Positions 1 to 9,424 of a stretch of 64,000 nucleotides of DNA are shown piece by piece. Made by a program: the position numbers and the translations under genes. How positions within the stretch are numbered: position 1 is the first letter of the stretch; each line of letters begins with the position of its first letter. The stretch lies in assembly GCA_034436295.1 (NCBI GenBank), contig DAOTVT010000071.1:1208-65207 (forward strand), read 5' to 3'. Source of the DNA: Anaerolineae bacterium. GTDB lineage: Bacteria; Chloroflexota; Anaerolineae; DTLA01. The notes beneath the pieces are model-generated. The model was given only the letters and a program-made list of their open reading frames with translations. It did not search any database and was not told where the DNA came from.

Positions 1-986
1 CCTCCATGAGCATTCAGTACTCGCGGGGGTGCCCGTTCAACTGCGATTTCTGCAACATCACGGCCCTGCTGGGCCACGTGCCCCGCGTGAAGACGCCGGC
101 GCAGATCATCGCCGAACTGGACGGCCTCTACCGCCTGGGGTGGCGCGGGCCGGTCTTCTTCGTGGACGACAACTTCATCGGCAACAAGAAGAGCCTGAAG
201 GCAGAACTGTTGCCGGCGCTCATAGAGTGGCGCAAGGGGAAGCGAGGCATCCCCTTCAACACCGAGGCGTCCATCAACCTGGCCGATGACGAGCCGCTGA
301 TGCACCTGATGGCGGAGGCGGGCTTTGACACGGTCTTCATCGGGATTGAGACGCCCGACGACGACAGCCTGGCCGAGTGCAGCAAGAAGCAGAATCGGAA
401 CCGCGACCTGGTGGCCGACGTGAAGCGCATCCAGCGCGCGGGGCTGCAGGTGCAGGGGGGCTTCATCGTGGGCTTTGACAGCGACGGCCCTTCCATCTTT
501 CAACGACAGGTTGATTTCATCCAGAAGAGCGGCATCGTAACGGCCATGGTGGGGCTGCTGCAAGCGCCGCTGGGCACGCGGCTCTACGAGCGCCTGAAGG
601 GCGAGGGGCGCATCCTCGCGTCCATGTCGGGCGACAACGTGGACGGCACGACGAACATCGTCCCCAAGATGCCCCTGGAAGCCTTGCGGGAGGGATACCG
701 GCACATCCTGTCGCAAATCTACTCGCCCGAACCGTACTACCGGCGGGTCAGGACGTTCCTGCGCGAGTACAAGGCGCCGCGGGTTTCGGTGCCTCTGGAC
801 AGGGAGTACATCCTAGCCCTATTCCGGGCCATCTACCGGTTGGGCGTGGCAGGGAAGGAGCGGCTGCAATACTGGCGGCTGATGGGGTGGACGCTGTTGC
901 GGCGGCCGCGGCTATTCCCGCTGGCCGTTACCCTGTCCATCTACGGGTACCATTTCCGCCGGGTGTGCGAGTTGCACGTGCTGTAA
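1..986 (+). CDS. B12-binding-domain-type radical SAM protein, 5' end truncated by window edge
   Basis: CxxxCxxC radical-SAM cluster motif ([11 protein letters not shown]) at the window start followed by a radical-SAM core; ORF is open to position 1. Confidence 0.7.
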   Translation, partial: SMSIQYSRGCPFNCDFCNITALLGHVPRVKTPAQIIAELDGLYRLGWRGPVFFVDDNFIGNKKSLKAELLPALIEWRKGKRGIPFNTEASINLADDEPLMHLMAEAGFDTVFIGIETPDDDSLAECSKKQNRNRDLVADVKRIQRAGLQVQGGFIVGFDSDGPSIFQRQVDFIQKSGIVTAMVGLLQAPLGTRLYERLKGEGRILASMSGDNVDGTTNIVPKMPLEALREGYRHILSQIYSPEPYYRRVRTFLREYKAPRVSVPLDREYILALFRAIYRLGVAGKERLQYWRLMGWTLLRRPRLFPLAVTLSIYGYHFRRVCELHVL

Positions 987-1002
987 CGGTTGCACCGGCA
1001 CC

Positions 1003-1458
1003 TCACCGTTTCCGCGCCTGCCATGCCGCCAGCACGGCCGCGCCTGCGACGATGCACACGTCGGCCAGGTTGAAGGCGGGCAGCGGGCCGATGCGAATGA
1101 AATCCACGGCGCCGCCGAGCCGCACGCGGTCCAGCAGATTGCCCGCCGCGCCGCCGACGATGAGGCCCAGCGCCGCGGCCATCGGCGCTGCCATCGTCGG
1201 CCGCCGCAGGTACAGCCCCACGATGCACACGATGGCGAGGACCGCCGCCCATACAAAAACCGCCCCGGCCCCCTGAAACAGGCCGAAGGCGGCTCCCGTG
1301 TTCGCCCCGACGCGCAGGTTCAGCCACGCCTCCGCATGCGGAAACGGCGCCCAGACCGCGGCGTCCGGCAGCGCATGGCGCAGCAGGACCTTACTCCCCT
1401 GGTCGGCGGCAAGCGCCAAAACCGAGCACAAGGGCAGTACCCATCTGTGTTTCGTCAA
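1003..1458 (-). CDS. lspA: lipoprotein signal peptidase II
   Basis: LspA-like motifs (DQGSK, NTGAAFGLF, GGAAGNLLDR, VDFI...FNLADV) in the 1003..1605 ORF. Start placed at an in-frame TTG near 1458, just downstream of the dksA-like gene; start position is uncertain. Confidence 0.75.
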   Translation of the reverse strand: MTKHRWVLPLCSVLALAADQGSKVLLRHALPDAAVWAPFPHAEAWLNLRVGANTGAAFGLFQGAGAVFVWAAVLAIVCIVGLYLRRPTMAAPMAAALGLIVGGAAGNLLDRVRLGGAVDFIRIGPLPAFNLADVCIVAGAAVLAAWQARKR

Positions 1459-1483
1459 AGGTGCCAACCTGTTGGCGCGCGGC

Positions 1484-1828
1484 CTACCGTGTTTCCTGCC
1501 GCCGCTGGCAGTGCATGCACAAGGCCGCCTGCGGATGCGCCTCCAGGCGCGCCCACTCAATCTTTTCCCCACACCGCAGGCAGAGGCCGTACGTGCCCTG
1601 CTCAAAGCGGTTCAGCGCCGCCTCCACCTCTTCCAGATTGCGCCACAGACTCTGCAGCAAGGAAACATTCGCCGCCTGGTCAAAAACGTCCGTCGCGTCA
1701 TCTGCCGCGTGATTGCCATATCCGGCGGGAGTGCGTTCCATAACCGGATGCTGCGCAATCGCCGCTTTGAGCCGCTGCTGCTCTTTCAACAACATCGTGC
1801 GCAGTTGCTCGTAACTTCGGACTACCAT
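1484..1828 (-). CDS. DksA/TraR family C4-type zinc-finger regulator
   Basis: 114 aa with a C-terminal CLRCGEKI...CMHC four-cysteine zinc finger and an N-terminal coiled coil typical of DksA/TraR. Confidence 0.8.
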   Translation of the reverse strand: MVVRSYEQLRTMLLKEQQRLKAAIAQHPVMERTPAGYGNHAADDATDVFDQAANVSLLQSLWRNLEEVEAALNRFEQGTYGLCLRCGEKIEWARLEAHPQAALCMHCQRRQETR

Positions 1829-2117
1829 TGTCGTCTCCCCTGATTCTCAGGGCAGGCATCCTGCCTGACTGGCAGGCCCAGGGCCTTCCAGAGGTCGGTG
1901 CCCCCCGACTGGCACGCCTGCTGGCCCGCTTCAGCCGGCGGCCCCGACGTACCCGGCCCCGCAGGCGCAAGCCCCGACGGACGCGATTCAACCGGGCTTC
2001 GCGCCTCCGATAGCCTGGGACTAGGGTTGTTGCGTTGTTCCTGCATGGTTCGCTTCCGCGCGACTTCCCTCCTCTGGATGACCGCCCTTCCCTCTGTCGG
2101 TTGTCGTGTACAGCCTT

Positions 2118-5100
2118 CTACCCTTCTATCCTCAGCAACCCCAAGACCAGGGGTTCGCCGTCCAGGTTGTGCTCCTGCAGGTGGGCGCCCTGTGGGGCGT
2201 CGCCCTCTGCCAGTTCGTCGGCCAGCGTCTCCTGCCGGATGTAGTCGCCGAACTCCGCGAACACCGCCTGCAGCCCCGCGCCGCAGCGGTAGAAAACCCG
2301 AATGTGGTCCTCAATGCGGAAGCCGGCGTCCTTGCGCTGCGTCTGGATGCGGCGCACGACTTCTCGCGCCATTCCTTCGCGCACCAGCGCCTCGGTGAGG
2401 GCCGTGCTCACTGCCACCACCAGGCCGTTCTCCTCGGCGACCGAGAAGCCTTCCTTGCTGTGGACGCGCACCTCCACTTCCTCAGGGAGGAGTTCCACCT
2501 CCTCGCCGTCCACCGAGACGCGCACGCTTCTGCCCGCCTGCAATTCGCGGGCCAGGTGGGCCGCAGGCAGCGCCGCGACCGCCGCGCGGAGTTTCGGGAA
2601 CCGCGCACCGTGCTTCTTGCCCAACACGTTGGGAAGCAGGCCGATCTCGTAGCGCACCAGGTCGTCGGCCTGGGCCACGACCTCCATCGCCTTGACGTTC
2701 AGTTCGTCGGTGATGACCGCCGCCATCCGCTCCACGATGGCCCGTGCGTCGTCATCTCTGGGCTTCACGATGACCTTCGCCAGCGGCTGGCGCACCTTGA
2801 GGTTCGCGGCGTTGCGGGCCGCGTGCCCCAGGCTCACCACCTGCCGCACCAATTGTACATCGGCCACCAGGGTGTTGTCAATTGCGGCGCGGTCGGCGAC
2901 GGGGAAGTCGCACAGGTGCACGCTCAACGGCGCGTTGGGGTCCACGCTCCGCACCAGGTTCTGGTACATCTCCTCGGACAGGAACGGCGTGAAGGGGGCC
3001 ATCAACTTGGCCAGGGTTACCAGGCACTCGTAGAGCGTGAGGTAGGCCGCGACCTTGTCCGTGTCCTCGCCGCTCTTCCAGAATCGGCGGCGGCTACGGC
3101 GGACGTACCAGTTGCTCAGCCCGTCCACGAATGCCTCAATGGCGCGGGTGGCGCCCGTTACGTCGTATGCGTTCAGGGACGCATCCACTCGCTCCACGAG
3201 CAGGTTCAACTCGGCCAGCACCCAGCGGTCCAGTTCCGACCGCTTGTCCAGCGGCATGGTGTGCTCCATCGGGTTGAAGCGGTCAATGCGTGCGTAGGTT
3301 ACGAAGAACGAGTAGGTGTTCCACACCGTGAGCAGGAAGCGGCGCAGGGTCTCGCGCACCAGTTCATTGCCGAAGCGGCGCGGATACCAGGGGGCCGCCA
3401 CCGAGTAGGTGTACCAGCGCAGCGCGTCGGCCCCTTGCTCGTTGAGGATGGGCCACGGGTCCACCACGTTGCCCACGTGCTTGCTCATCTTGGCGCCCTT
3501 CTCGTCGGTGCCGAACTCGGTAACCAGGCAGTTCTTGAACGCCGGGCTGTTGAACAACATGGTGGCCACGGCGTGGAGCGTGTAGAACCAGCCGCGGGTC
3601 TGGTCAATGGCCTCGCAAATGAAGTCGGCCGGGAACTGCTCCTTGAAGATATCCTGGTTCTCAAACGGGTAGTGCCATTGGGCGACGGGCATGGAGCCGG
3701 AGTCAAACCAGGCGTCGGCGACCTCGGGGATGCGGCGCATTTGCCCGCCGCACTCGGGGCACTTGAGGACGACGGCGTCCACGAACGGGCGGTGCGGGTC
3801 CAGGTCCGACAGGTCGCGCCCGGCCATCTGCCCCAACTCGGCCAGACTGCCGACGCAGATGCGGTGGCCGCAGTCCTGGCATTCCCAGATGGGCAGGGGC
3901 GTGCCCCAATAGCGCTCGCGGCCCAGCGCCCAGTCCACATTGGTCTCCAGCCAGTTGCCGAAGCGCCCGTGCTTGATGTGCTCGGGGTACCAGTTGATCT
4001 GCTCGTTGGTCGCCAGCATCTGGTCGCGGACCTTGGTGGTCTCAATGTACCAGGTGGTCTTGGCGTAGTAGAGCAGGGGCTGGTGGCAGCGCCAGCAGAA
4101 GGGATACGAGTGCTCGTACTTGGCCGCGCGGTACAGCAGGCCGCGGGTCTTCAGGTCGTCGGTGATGAGCGGGTCGGCGTCCTTGACGAACATGCCGCGC
4201 CAGGGCGTTACCTCGTTCACGAAGCGCCCGCGCAGGTCCACCGTCATGAGCACGGGCAGGTTGTACTCCTTGCCCACGTCCAGGTCGTCGGCCCCGAAGG
4301 CCGGCGCGATGTGGACGATGCCTGTGCCCTCCTCGGTGTTCACGAAGTCCGCGCCCACCACGTAGGCGTAGTCCTTGTCCACGGGCAGGAAGGTGTAGAG
4401 GGGGCGGTAGTGCTTGCCGATGAGTTCCTTCGCCTTCACCGAACGCAGGACCTGATACTCGCCGCGCAGGGCGTATTCCAGCAGCGCCTTGGCGAGGATG
4501 AGTTTGTCGTCGCCCTGCTGCACCAGGACGTACTCCACATGCGGGTGCACCGCCAACGCCACGTTCCCAGGGAGCGTCCACGGCGTCGTCGTCCACACCA
4601 GGAAATACGTCCCCGGCTCATCGCGCAGGGGGAACTTGACGAATACCGACGGGTCCTGCACGTCGCGGTAGCCCTGGGAGACCTCGTGGCTGGAGAGGGA
4701 CGTGCCGCAGCGAGCGCAGTAGGGCACGACCTTGTACCCCTGGTAGATGAGCCCCTTGTCCCAGAGTTGCTTGAGAATCCACCAGAGCGATTCCACATAC
4801 TCGGTCTTGTAGGTGATGTAGGCGTTCTCCAGGTCAATCCAGAACGCGATGCGCTCCGTCAGTTGCTCCCACTCTTTCACGTAGCGCCACACGCTCTCGC
4901 GGCACTTCTCGTTGAACGCCTCCACGCCATAGGCTTCAATCTCGGCCTTGCTGTTGATCCTGAGTTCCTTCTCCACTTCCAGTTCAACGGGAAGGCCCTG
5001 GGTGTCCCATCCGCCCTTGCGCAGGACGTAGTATCCCTTCATGGTGCGGTAGCGCGGGAAGAGGTCCTTGAGGACGCGCGGCAGGACGTGCCCGGCGTGC

Positions 5101-5261
5101 GGACGGCCGTTGGCCGTGGGCGGGCCTTCGTAGAAGACCCAACGCGGGGCGTCCTTGCGCAGTTCCAGGCTCTTGGCGAAGACGTTGTGCGCCCGCCAGA
5201 ACTCCAAGATGCCCTCTTCCATCTTCGGGAAGTTGACCTGTGGCGAAACCTCACGAAACAT
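2118..5261 (-). CDS. ileS: isoleucine--tRNA ligase
   Basis: 1047 aa with class I aaRS signatures (PPTANGRPHAGH, GWDTQGLPVE, KMSKHVGN) and typical IleS architecture and length. ATG at 5261 is preceded by a GGAGGGG RBS. Confidence 0.95.
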   Translation of the reverse strand: MFREVSPQVNFPKMEEGILEFWRAHNVFAKSLELRKDAPRWVFYEGPPTANGRPHAGHVLPRVLKDLFPRYRTMKGYYVLRKGGWDTQGLPVELEVEKELRINSKAEIEAYGVEAFNEKCRESVWRYVKEWEQLTERIAFWIDLENAYITYKTEYVESLWWILKQLWDKGLIYQGYKVVPYCARCGTSLSSHEVSQGYRDVQDPSVFVKFPLRDEPGTYFLVWTTTPWTLPGNVALAVHPHVEYVLVQQGDDKLILAKALLEYALRGEYQVLRSVKAKELIGKHYRPLYTFLPVDKDYAYVVGADFVNTEEGTGIVHIAPAFGADDLDVGKEYNLPVLMTVDLRGRFVNEVTPWRGMFVKDADPLITDDLKTRGLLYRAAKYEHSYPFCWRCHQPLLYYAKTTWYIETTKVRDQMLATNEQINWYPEHIKHGRFGNWLETNVDWALGRERYWGTPLPIWECQDCGHRICVGSLAELGQMAGRDLSDLDPHRPFVDAVVLKCPECGGQMRRIPEVADAWFDSGSMPVAQWHYPFENQDIFKEQFPADFICEAIDQTRGWFYTLHAVATMLFNSPAFKNCLVTEFGTDEKGAKMSKHVGNVVDPWPILNEQGADALRWYTYSVAAPWYPRRFGNELVRETLRRFLLTVWNTYSFFVTYARIDRFNPMEHTMPLDKRSELDRWVLAELNLLVERVDASLNAYDVTGATRAIEAFVDGLSNWYVRRSRRRFWKSGEDTDKVAAYLTLYECLVTLAKLMAPFTPFLSEEMYQNLVRSVDPNAPLSVHLCDFPVADRAAIDNTLVADVQLVRQVVSLGHAARNAANLKVRQPLAKVIVKPRDDDARAIVERMAAVITDELNVKAMEVVAQADDLVRYEIGLLPNVLGKKHGARFPKLRAAVAALPAAHLARELQAGRSVRVSVDGEEVELLPEEVEVRVHSKEGFSVAEENGLVVAVSTALTEALVREGMAREVVRRIQTQRKDAGFRIEDHIRVFYRCGAGLQAVFAEFGDYIRQETLADELAEGDAPQGAHLQEHNLDGEPLVLGLLRIEG

Positions 5262-5662
5262 GCGACCCCTCCGAGAAAGCCTTTAGCCGTTGGCCGATAG
5301 CCTCTAGCGAGCAGCGGTCAGCGGTCGGCGGACACGGGATTGCCTCGGCGTGCCGACGGCAGACCGCAGTATGCGAACCGCTGCAACAAAAAACTCCCGC
5401 CCCATAGGGACGAGAGCGATCTCCCGCGGTACCACCCTGCTTGACAGGCGAGCCTGTCCACTCTGTGGGTACGTGTTCATACCCCCGCCGCTGTAACGGG
5501 CGCGCCCCGGCCAAGTCTACTGGGAGTTGCCTCCGTTCGGTTGGCGGCTCCGGAAGGATTTTCGTCGGGGTTCGCGCATCCGGCTCCCACCGGCCCCGGA
5601 CTCGCTGGGCGTCTCCGCCCGACTACTCGTTTCCATCACAGCCTTTGGTTGGCGTATTCGGT
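5262..5662 (-). promoter_or_regulatory. T-box riboswitch leader of ileS
   Basis: On the minus-strand transcript: stem-III hairpin GACAGGCUCGCCUGUC followed by the canonical T-box sequence AAGCAGGGUGGUACCGCGGGAG (plus-strand reverse complement at about 5422..5443). This is followed by a 10-bp hairpin (CUCUCGUCCC/GGGGCGGGAG) and a U6 tract ending about 30 nt before the ileS ATG. A candidate Ile specifier (AUC) lies within GAAAAUCC; specifier assignment is tentative. Confidence 0.7.
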
Positions 5663-5669
5663 TGTCCAT

Positions 5670-5698
5670 ATTTTACCACAGGCATGGGTCTATGTCAA
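5670..5698 (-). promoter_or_regulatory. sigma70-like promoter driving the ileS T-box leader
   Basis: Minus-strand TTGACA, 17-nt spacer, TAAAAT (reverse complement of plus-strand 5693-5698 and 5670-5675). Confidence 0.55.
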
Positions 5699-6030
5699 AA
5701 GCAGGCGGGGACCCCCTCACCCTGGCCCTCTCGCCGCAAGGCGGGGCGAGGGGATTGGGCCCCTCACCCTAGCCCTCTCCCCGCGAGCGGGGCGAGGGGA
5801 AGTATTCCCAAGGTGCAACGCACTTCCGGAAGTGCGTTGCACCTTGGCGTGCCCCCGGCTTCGGCGGCTGTGGAAAGCCGCCCTACGTGTCTGCATCCAT
5901 TCTGCCTTCGCGTGGATTCGTGTTATTCGTGGATAGCGGTTAGCGAGCGTAGGGCAGGTTTCCATACCTGCCCCCGGCTTCGGCGGCTGTGGAAAGCCGC
6001 CCTACGTGTCTGCGGACAGCGGGTCTCGGA
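5690..6030. repeat. composite cluster of dispersed MITE-like repeats (families A,B,C,D)
   Basis: Family A is two units of CCCCTCACCCTNGCCCTCTCCCCGCNAGCGGGGCGAGGGGA. Family B is the perfect 40-bp palindrome CCAAGGTGCAACGCACTTCCGGAAGTGCGTTGCACCTTGG. Family C is two copies of CCCCCGGCTTCGGCGGCTGTGGAAAGCCGCCCTACGTGTCTGC. Family D is ATTCGTGTTATTCGTGGATAGCGGTTAGCGAGCGTAGGGCAGGTTTCCATACCTG. The same units recur elsewhere in the window. Confidence 0.85.
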
Positions 6031-6151
6031 TACCCTTGGGGTCTTGGCGTTGCCCCCGAACCGAAATGCAGCGAGCCGGCGGGGCTGTTGCGCTTGGACC
6101 GAAAGCGCGCTATACTGCATTTGTGCGATGATGCACGATCGGCGATGAGGC

Positions 6152-8158
6152 ATGGGAGTGGAACGGATGGCAGAATCGGGGCTTCCGAGTATGAGCCTGG
6201 CCTATTTCGTCTCGGGGTTGGCGTTTTTCGCGCTGGGCCTGGCTGTGGTGTTGCAGATGGGCCGCGCTCAGGATTACCCTTATGGCCGGCCCCTGGCGCT
6301 GTTGGCGGCGGCGGCATTCCTGCGCGCGCTGAAGAAGTGGCTGGATGTGGCGGCGCTTGACCGACTATCGCCCGGGGCGCCGGCGGCCGAGAGCACGGGC
6401 GTGCCGCAACTGGCGCTGCTCGCGGGCGCGTGCCTGTTGCTTGCGGCCTACGGGCTGGTGGTGTGGCGACAGGTGGAGCCGCAGCGCGACAAGCGGCGGT
6501 GGATTCTGCCCGGGCTGACGGCGTTGTGGCTGGTGGGGGCAGTCGTCATGCGCCTGGCCCTGGCGGACACGGGGACCTGGACGCGGGCTGCCGATGTGTG
6601 GGCGCGCTACACGCTGGGATTGCCCGCGGGCGCGCTGGTGGCCTATGCGTTCTGGTTGCAGCGGCGAAAGATGGCCCCCAAACTGGGTGCCGCGTTCGGG
6701 AAGTACATGCTCATTGCCGCCTGGGCGGCCATCTGGTTTGCCATCCTGGACGGCATTACAGGCCCGCGCAGCGTGCTGTGGCCCGCCTCGGTGGTCAACG
6801 AGGTGTGGTTCGTGGGTGTGCTGGGCCTTCCGGTTCAGTACCTGCGGGCGGCGGCGCTCGCCGCGGAGGCATATGGCATCGTCCGCGCGCTGGGGGTGGT
6901 TGAACAGGCCGAACGCCAGGCACTGCGGGACGCGCAATTGGTGGTGCTGCGCGCCGAAGAAGCGCGGCGACGGGAGGCCGAAGAGCACAGCGTCCAGTTG
7001 TCGCGCCTGGCGAGGGAACTGTCGGCCCTGCTGGAGACCACGCGCGTGGTGGCGTCTCACCTGGACATGGACGCGCTCGCAAAGGAAGCGATTGAGCGGA
7101 TTGTGGCGCTGTTTGACGGCGTGGAGTGCGGGTGCATCCTGGTGCTGAATCCATCCACCGGCAAACTGGCGGTCAAGGCGTGCACGGGCATAGATACGCC
7201 CTGCCTGCGGGCGCTGGAAATGGCCGATAGCGTCATGCGGTCGGGGCGGGGCGTTACAACGGGGGGCGAGGAACTCCCCAGCCTGATCTGTGTGCCGTTG
7301 CGCTCCGAGAATTGGGTGCTTGGGGTCATGAGCCTGTCCAACCCGCACGAGGCAGGGCGGTTCACGGATCGGGAACTGCAACAGGCGCAGGCGCTGGCCA
7401 ATCAGGTGGCGGTCGGGATGGAGAAGGCCTGGCTGTACCGCGAGGTGCAGCGCCGCGAGCAGATGCTCCGTCGGTTGCTGGAGCGGGTCGTCGCGGCGCA
7501 GGAGGAGGAGCGGCGGCGCATCGCACGCGAGTTGCACGATGAGATGGGCCAGGCGCTGACCGCGCTGGTTACGGGCATGAGCGCGCTGGAAACCATCGTC
7601 GTGTCGGATCCGCGCCTGGCCGAGCAGCGGCTCAAGGATTTGCTCCGCGTGGGGTTGCAGGCCATGGACGAGATTGACCGGCTCATCGCGGACCTGCGGC
7701 CGACGCTGTTGGACGACCTGGGGCTGGTGGCGGCGCTGCGCTGGCTGGTGGAATCCAACAAGGACCGCCTGCCGCCGGTGGATTTGAACCTTGCGCTGGG
7801 AAAGACGCGCCTTCCCCCTCATCTGGAAGTGGAACTGTTCCGAATCGCGCAGGAATCGGTCAAAAACATCATCCGCCATGCCAATGCCAAGCGCGTTCAC
7901 ATCTCGTTGCGGAGCGAGTACGGGCGGGTGATCCTTGAGGTTCAGGATGATGGCGCGGGGTTTGATCCGGAGGCGGCGATGGATCCGCTGTCGCCGCGAC
8001 CGGCTTGGGGGCTTCTCGGGATGAAGGAGCGCGCCGAGGGGCTGGGCGGGACGATGCTCATTGACTCGCGCCCGGGCGCAGGCACGCGCATCCTGGTGGA
8101 AGTGCCCTTCGCGCAGGAGGTGGGCCATGAGCCCGATACGCATTCTTTTGGTGGATGA
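6152..8158 (+). CDS. sensor histidine kinase, NarL-class (membrane domain + GAF + HisKA_3 + HATPase_c)
   Basis: N-terminal multi-TM region, central GAF-like region, H-box EEERRRIARELHDEMGQ, and C-terminal ATPase motifs (ILEVQDDGAGFD, GLLGMKERAEGLGG). Confidence 0.85.
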   Translation: MGVERMAESGLPSMSLAYFVSGLAFFALGLAVVLQMGRAQDYPYGRPLALLAAAAFLRALKKWLDVAALDRLSPGAPAAESTGVPQLALLAGACLLLAAYGLVVWRQVEPQRDKRRWILPGLTALWLVGAVVMRLALADTGTWTRAADVWARYTLGLPAGALVAYAFWLQRRKMAPKLGAAFGKYMLIAAWAAIWFAILDGITGPRSVLWPASVVNEVWFVGVLGLPVQYLRAAALAAEAYGIVRALGVVEQAERQALRDAQLVVLRAEEARRREAEEHSVQLSRLARELSALLETTRVVASHLDMDALAKEAIERIVALFDGVECGCILVLNPSTGKLAVKACTGIDTPCLRALEMADSVMRSGRGVTTGGEELPSLICVPLRSENWVLGVMSLSNPHEAGRFTDRELQQAQALANQVAVGMEKAWLYREVQRREQMLRRLLERVVAAQEEERRRIARELHDEMGQALTALVTGMSALETIVVSDPRLAEQRLKDLLRVGLQAMDEIDRLIADLRPTLLDDLGLVAALRWLVESNKDRLPPVDLNLALGKTRLPPHLEVELFRIAQESVKNIIRHANAKRVHISLRSEYGRVILEVQDDGAGFDPEAAMDPLSPRPAWGLLGMKERAEGLGGTMLIDSRPGAGTRILVEVPFAQEVGHEPDTHSFGG

Positions 8159-8780
8159 TCACGCCATTGTCCGCGCGGGCGTGCGCATGTTGCTGGAGAC
8201 CGACCCGGAACTCCAGATCGTAGGCGAGGCTGGCGACGGACGCGAGGCGGTGCGTCTGGCCGACGAACTGAAGCCCGACGTGGTGGTGATGGACATCGTG
8301 ATGCCCGACATGGATGGGTTTGAGGCCACGCGGCAGATCAAGAAGAAGCACCCGGAATGCAACATCCTGGTGCTGAGCATGTACGACAACGAGCAGTACT
8401 TCTTTGAGATATTGAGCGCGGGCGCGTCGGGCTATGTGCCCAAGAAGGCCGCGCCCATGGCCCTGGCCGAAGCCGTCCGCGCGGTGCAGAGCGGCGGGGT
8501 GTACCTGTATCCCACGGTGGCGCGCTCGCTGGTGGAAGACTACATGCGGCGCGTGCGCGAAGGGGGCGAGCAGGAGACCTACGACGGCCTGACGGAGCGA
8601 GAGCGCGAGGTGCTCACCCTCATCGCCGAAGGGTACACGACGCAGGAGATCGCCCTGGAACTCCACATCAGCACCAAGACGGTGGAGCGCCATCGCTCCA
8701 ACATCATGGAGAAACTCAACCTGCACAACCGCATTGAGTTGACGAAATACGCCATCCGCAAGGGGCTGATTGAGCCGTAG
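8127..8780 (+). CDS. LuxR/NarL-family response regulator
   Basis: REC domain (ILLVDDH...VVMDIVMPDMDG) plus C-terminal LuxR HTH (LTEREREVLTLIAEGYTTQEIALELHISTKTVERHRSNIM). Overlaps the kinase 3' end, indicating translational coupling. Confidence 0.9.
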   Translation: MSPIRILLVDDHAIVRAGVRMLLETDPELQIVGEAGDGREAVRLADELKPDVVVMDIVMPDMDGFEATRQIKKKHPECNILVLSMYDNEQYFFEILSAGASGYVPKKAAPMALAEAVRAVQSGGVYLYPTVARSLVEDYMRRVREGGEQETYDGLTEREREVLTLIAEGYTTQEIALELHISTKTVERHRSNIMEKLNLHNRIELTKYAIRKGLIEP

Positions 8781-8807
8781 TCCGCGGGGCGTGTGGTTGG
8801 GGCAGCA

Positions 8808-8850
8808 GGAGGAGCGGCGCCGTGTTCGGAGCGCCGCTCCTCGCGCTTTC
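8808..8850. terminator. bidirectional intrinsic terminator between convergent genes
   Basis: GGAGGAGCGGCGC / GCGCCGCTCCTC stem with a 10-nt loop, between the response regulator (+) and the 8853..9293 gene (-). Confidence 0.45.
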
Positions 8851-8852
8851 CG

Positions 8853-9293
8853 TCAGGGCGTCTCGGGGATGATCTGAATCTGCGTGGCGGTCATCGTGTC
8901 GCCCTGGGTCTGGCCGCCGATGATGATGCGGTCGCCCACCTTGAGGTCCGAGAGACTGCCCCGGGTGGTCATCGTGATGCGGGTGTCGGCGGTAACCTGC
9001 ACCTTGAGTTCCTGCTGGGCGGTGCTCACGACGAGGGTGTTGCCGTTGATGGCCTTGATGGTGCCGGTTGCGCCGCGCCCGGGGACGCCGGTGCGACCGG
9101 CCCCGCCCTGGAACATGGCGCCGGGCGTGCCCTGGGCGGCCGGCCCCGTCGCGCCGAACCGCTCGGCGATGAACCGCTCGCGGACGCTGGCCGCCTGGGC
9201 TTTGCCCTGCTCCACGCCGAAGAGGTAGCCGCCCACGCCCGCGCCCACGATCAAGACCACGGCCAATACGATCCACAGGATGTTCTTCTTCAT
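8853..9293 (-). CDS. hypothetical membrane-anchored secreted protein
   Basis: N-terminal signal-anchor (MKKNILWIVLAVVLIVGAGVGGYLF), Gly/Ala-rich linker and a beta-rich C-terminal domain; no confident family assignment. Confidence 0.5.
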   Translation of the reverse strand: MKKNILWIVLAVVLIVGAGVGGYLFGVEQGKAQAASVRERFIAERFGATGPAAQGTPGAMFQGGAGRTGVPGRGATGTIKAINGNTLVVSTAQQELKVQVTADTRITMTTRGSLSDLKVGDRIIIGGQTQGDTMTATQIQIIPETP

Positions 9294-9299
9294 GTGTCC

Positions 9300-9420
9300 T
9301 CCTCGCGCTCCAGCGGTCAGCGGTCAGCGATCAGCAGTCAGTCCCGATCGCTGCCCGCTGCCCGCTGATTGCTGTTCGCTGTTTGCTGATTGCTGATCGC
9401 TGTTTGCTGACTGCTCGCCA
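9300..9420. repeat. inverted array of heptanucleotide repeats (long imperfect hairpin)
   Basis: GGTCAGC/GATCAGC heptamers on the left arm and their complements CTGATTG/CTGATCG/CTGACTG on the right arm. Same family as 51285..51470 and 56826..56975. Confidence 0.7.
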
Positions 9421-9424
9421 TCGG

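Noticed and set aside
2106-5300. 1064-aa plus-strand ORF antisense to ileS. Similar long antisense ORFs: 6365..8143 (-), 15886..18258 (+), 23095..25797 (-), 28523..31333 (-), 44144..45994 (-), 45838..47457 (-), 47846..50425 (-), 9383..10744 (+)
   Set aside because: High-GC genomes produce long stop-free antisense frames. The opposite strands carry proteins with unambiguous conserved motifs (IleS, HK, NrfD/FeS, SMC, MutS, etc.), while these ORFs have Arg/Pro/Gly-rich low-complexity translations.
5527-5936. ORFs 5527..5772, 5541..5936, 5441..6148 and 58774..59166 (N-terminal part) with PLTLALSPRAGRGE-like translations
   Set aside because: Derived from dispersed repeat families A-D. Only the last 21 codons of 58774..59166 (from the ATG at 59101) are considered coding, as the N-terminus of the candidate selenoprotein.
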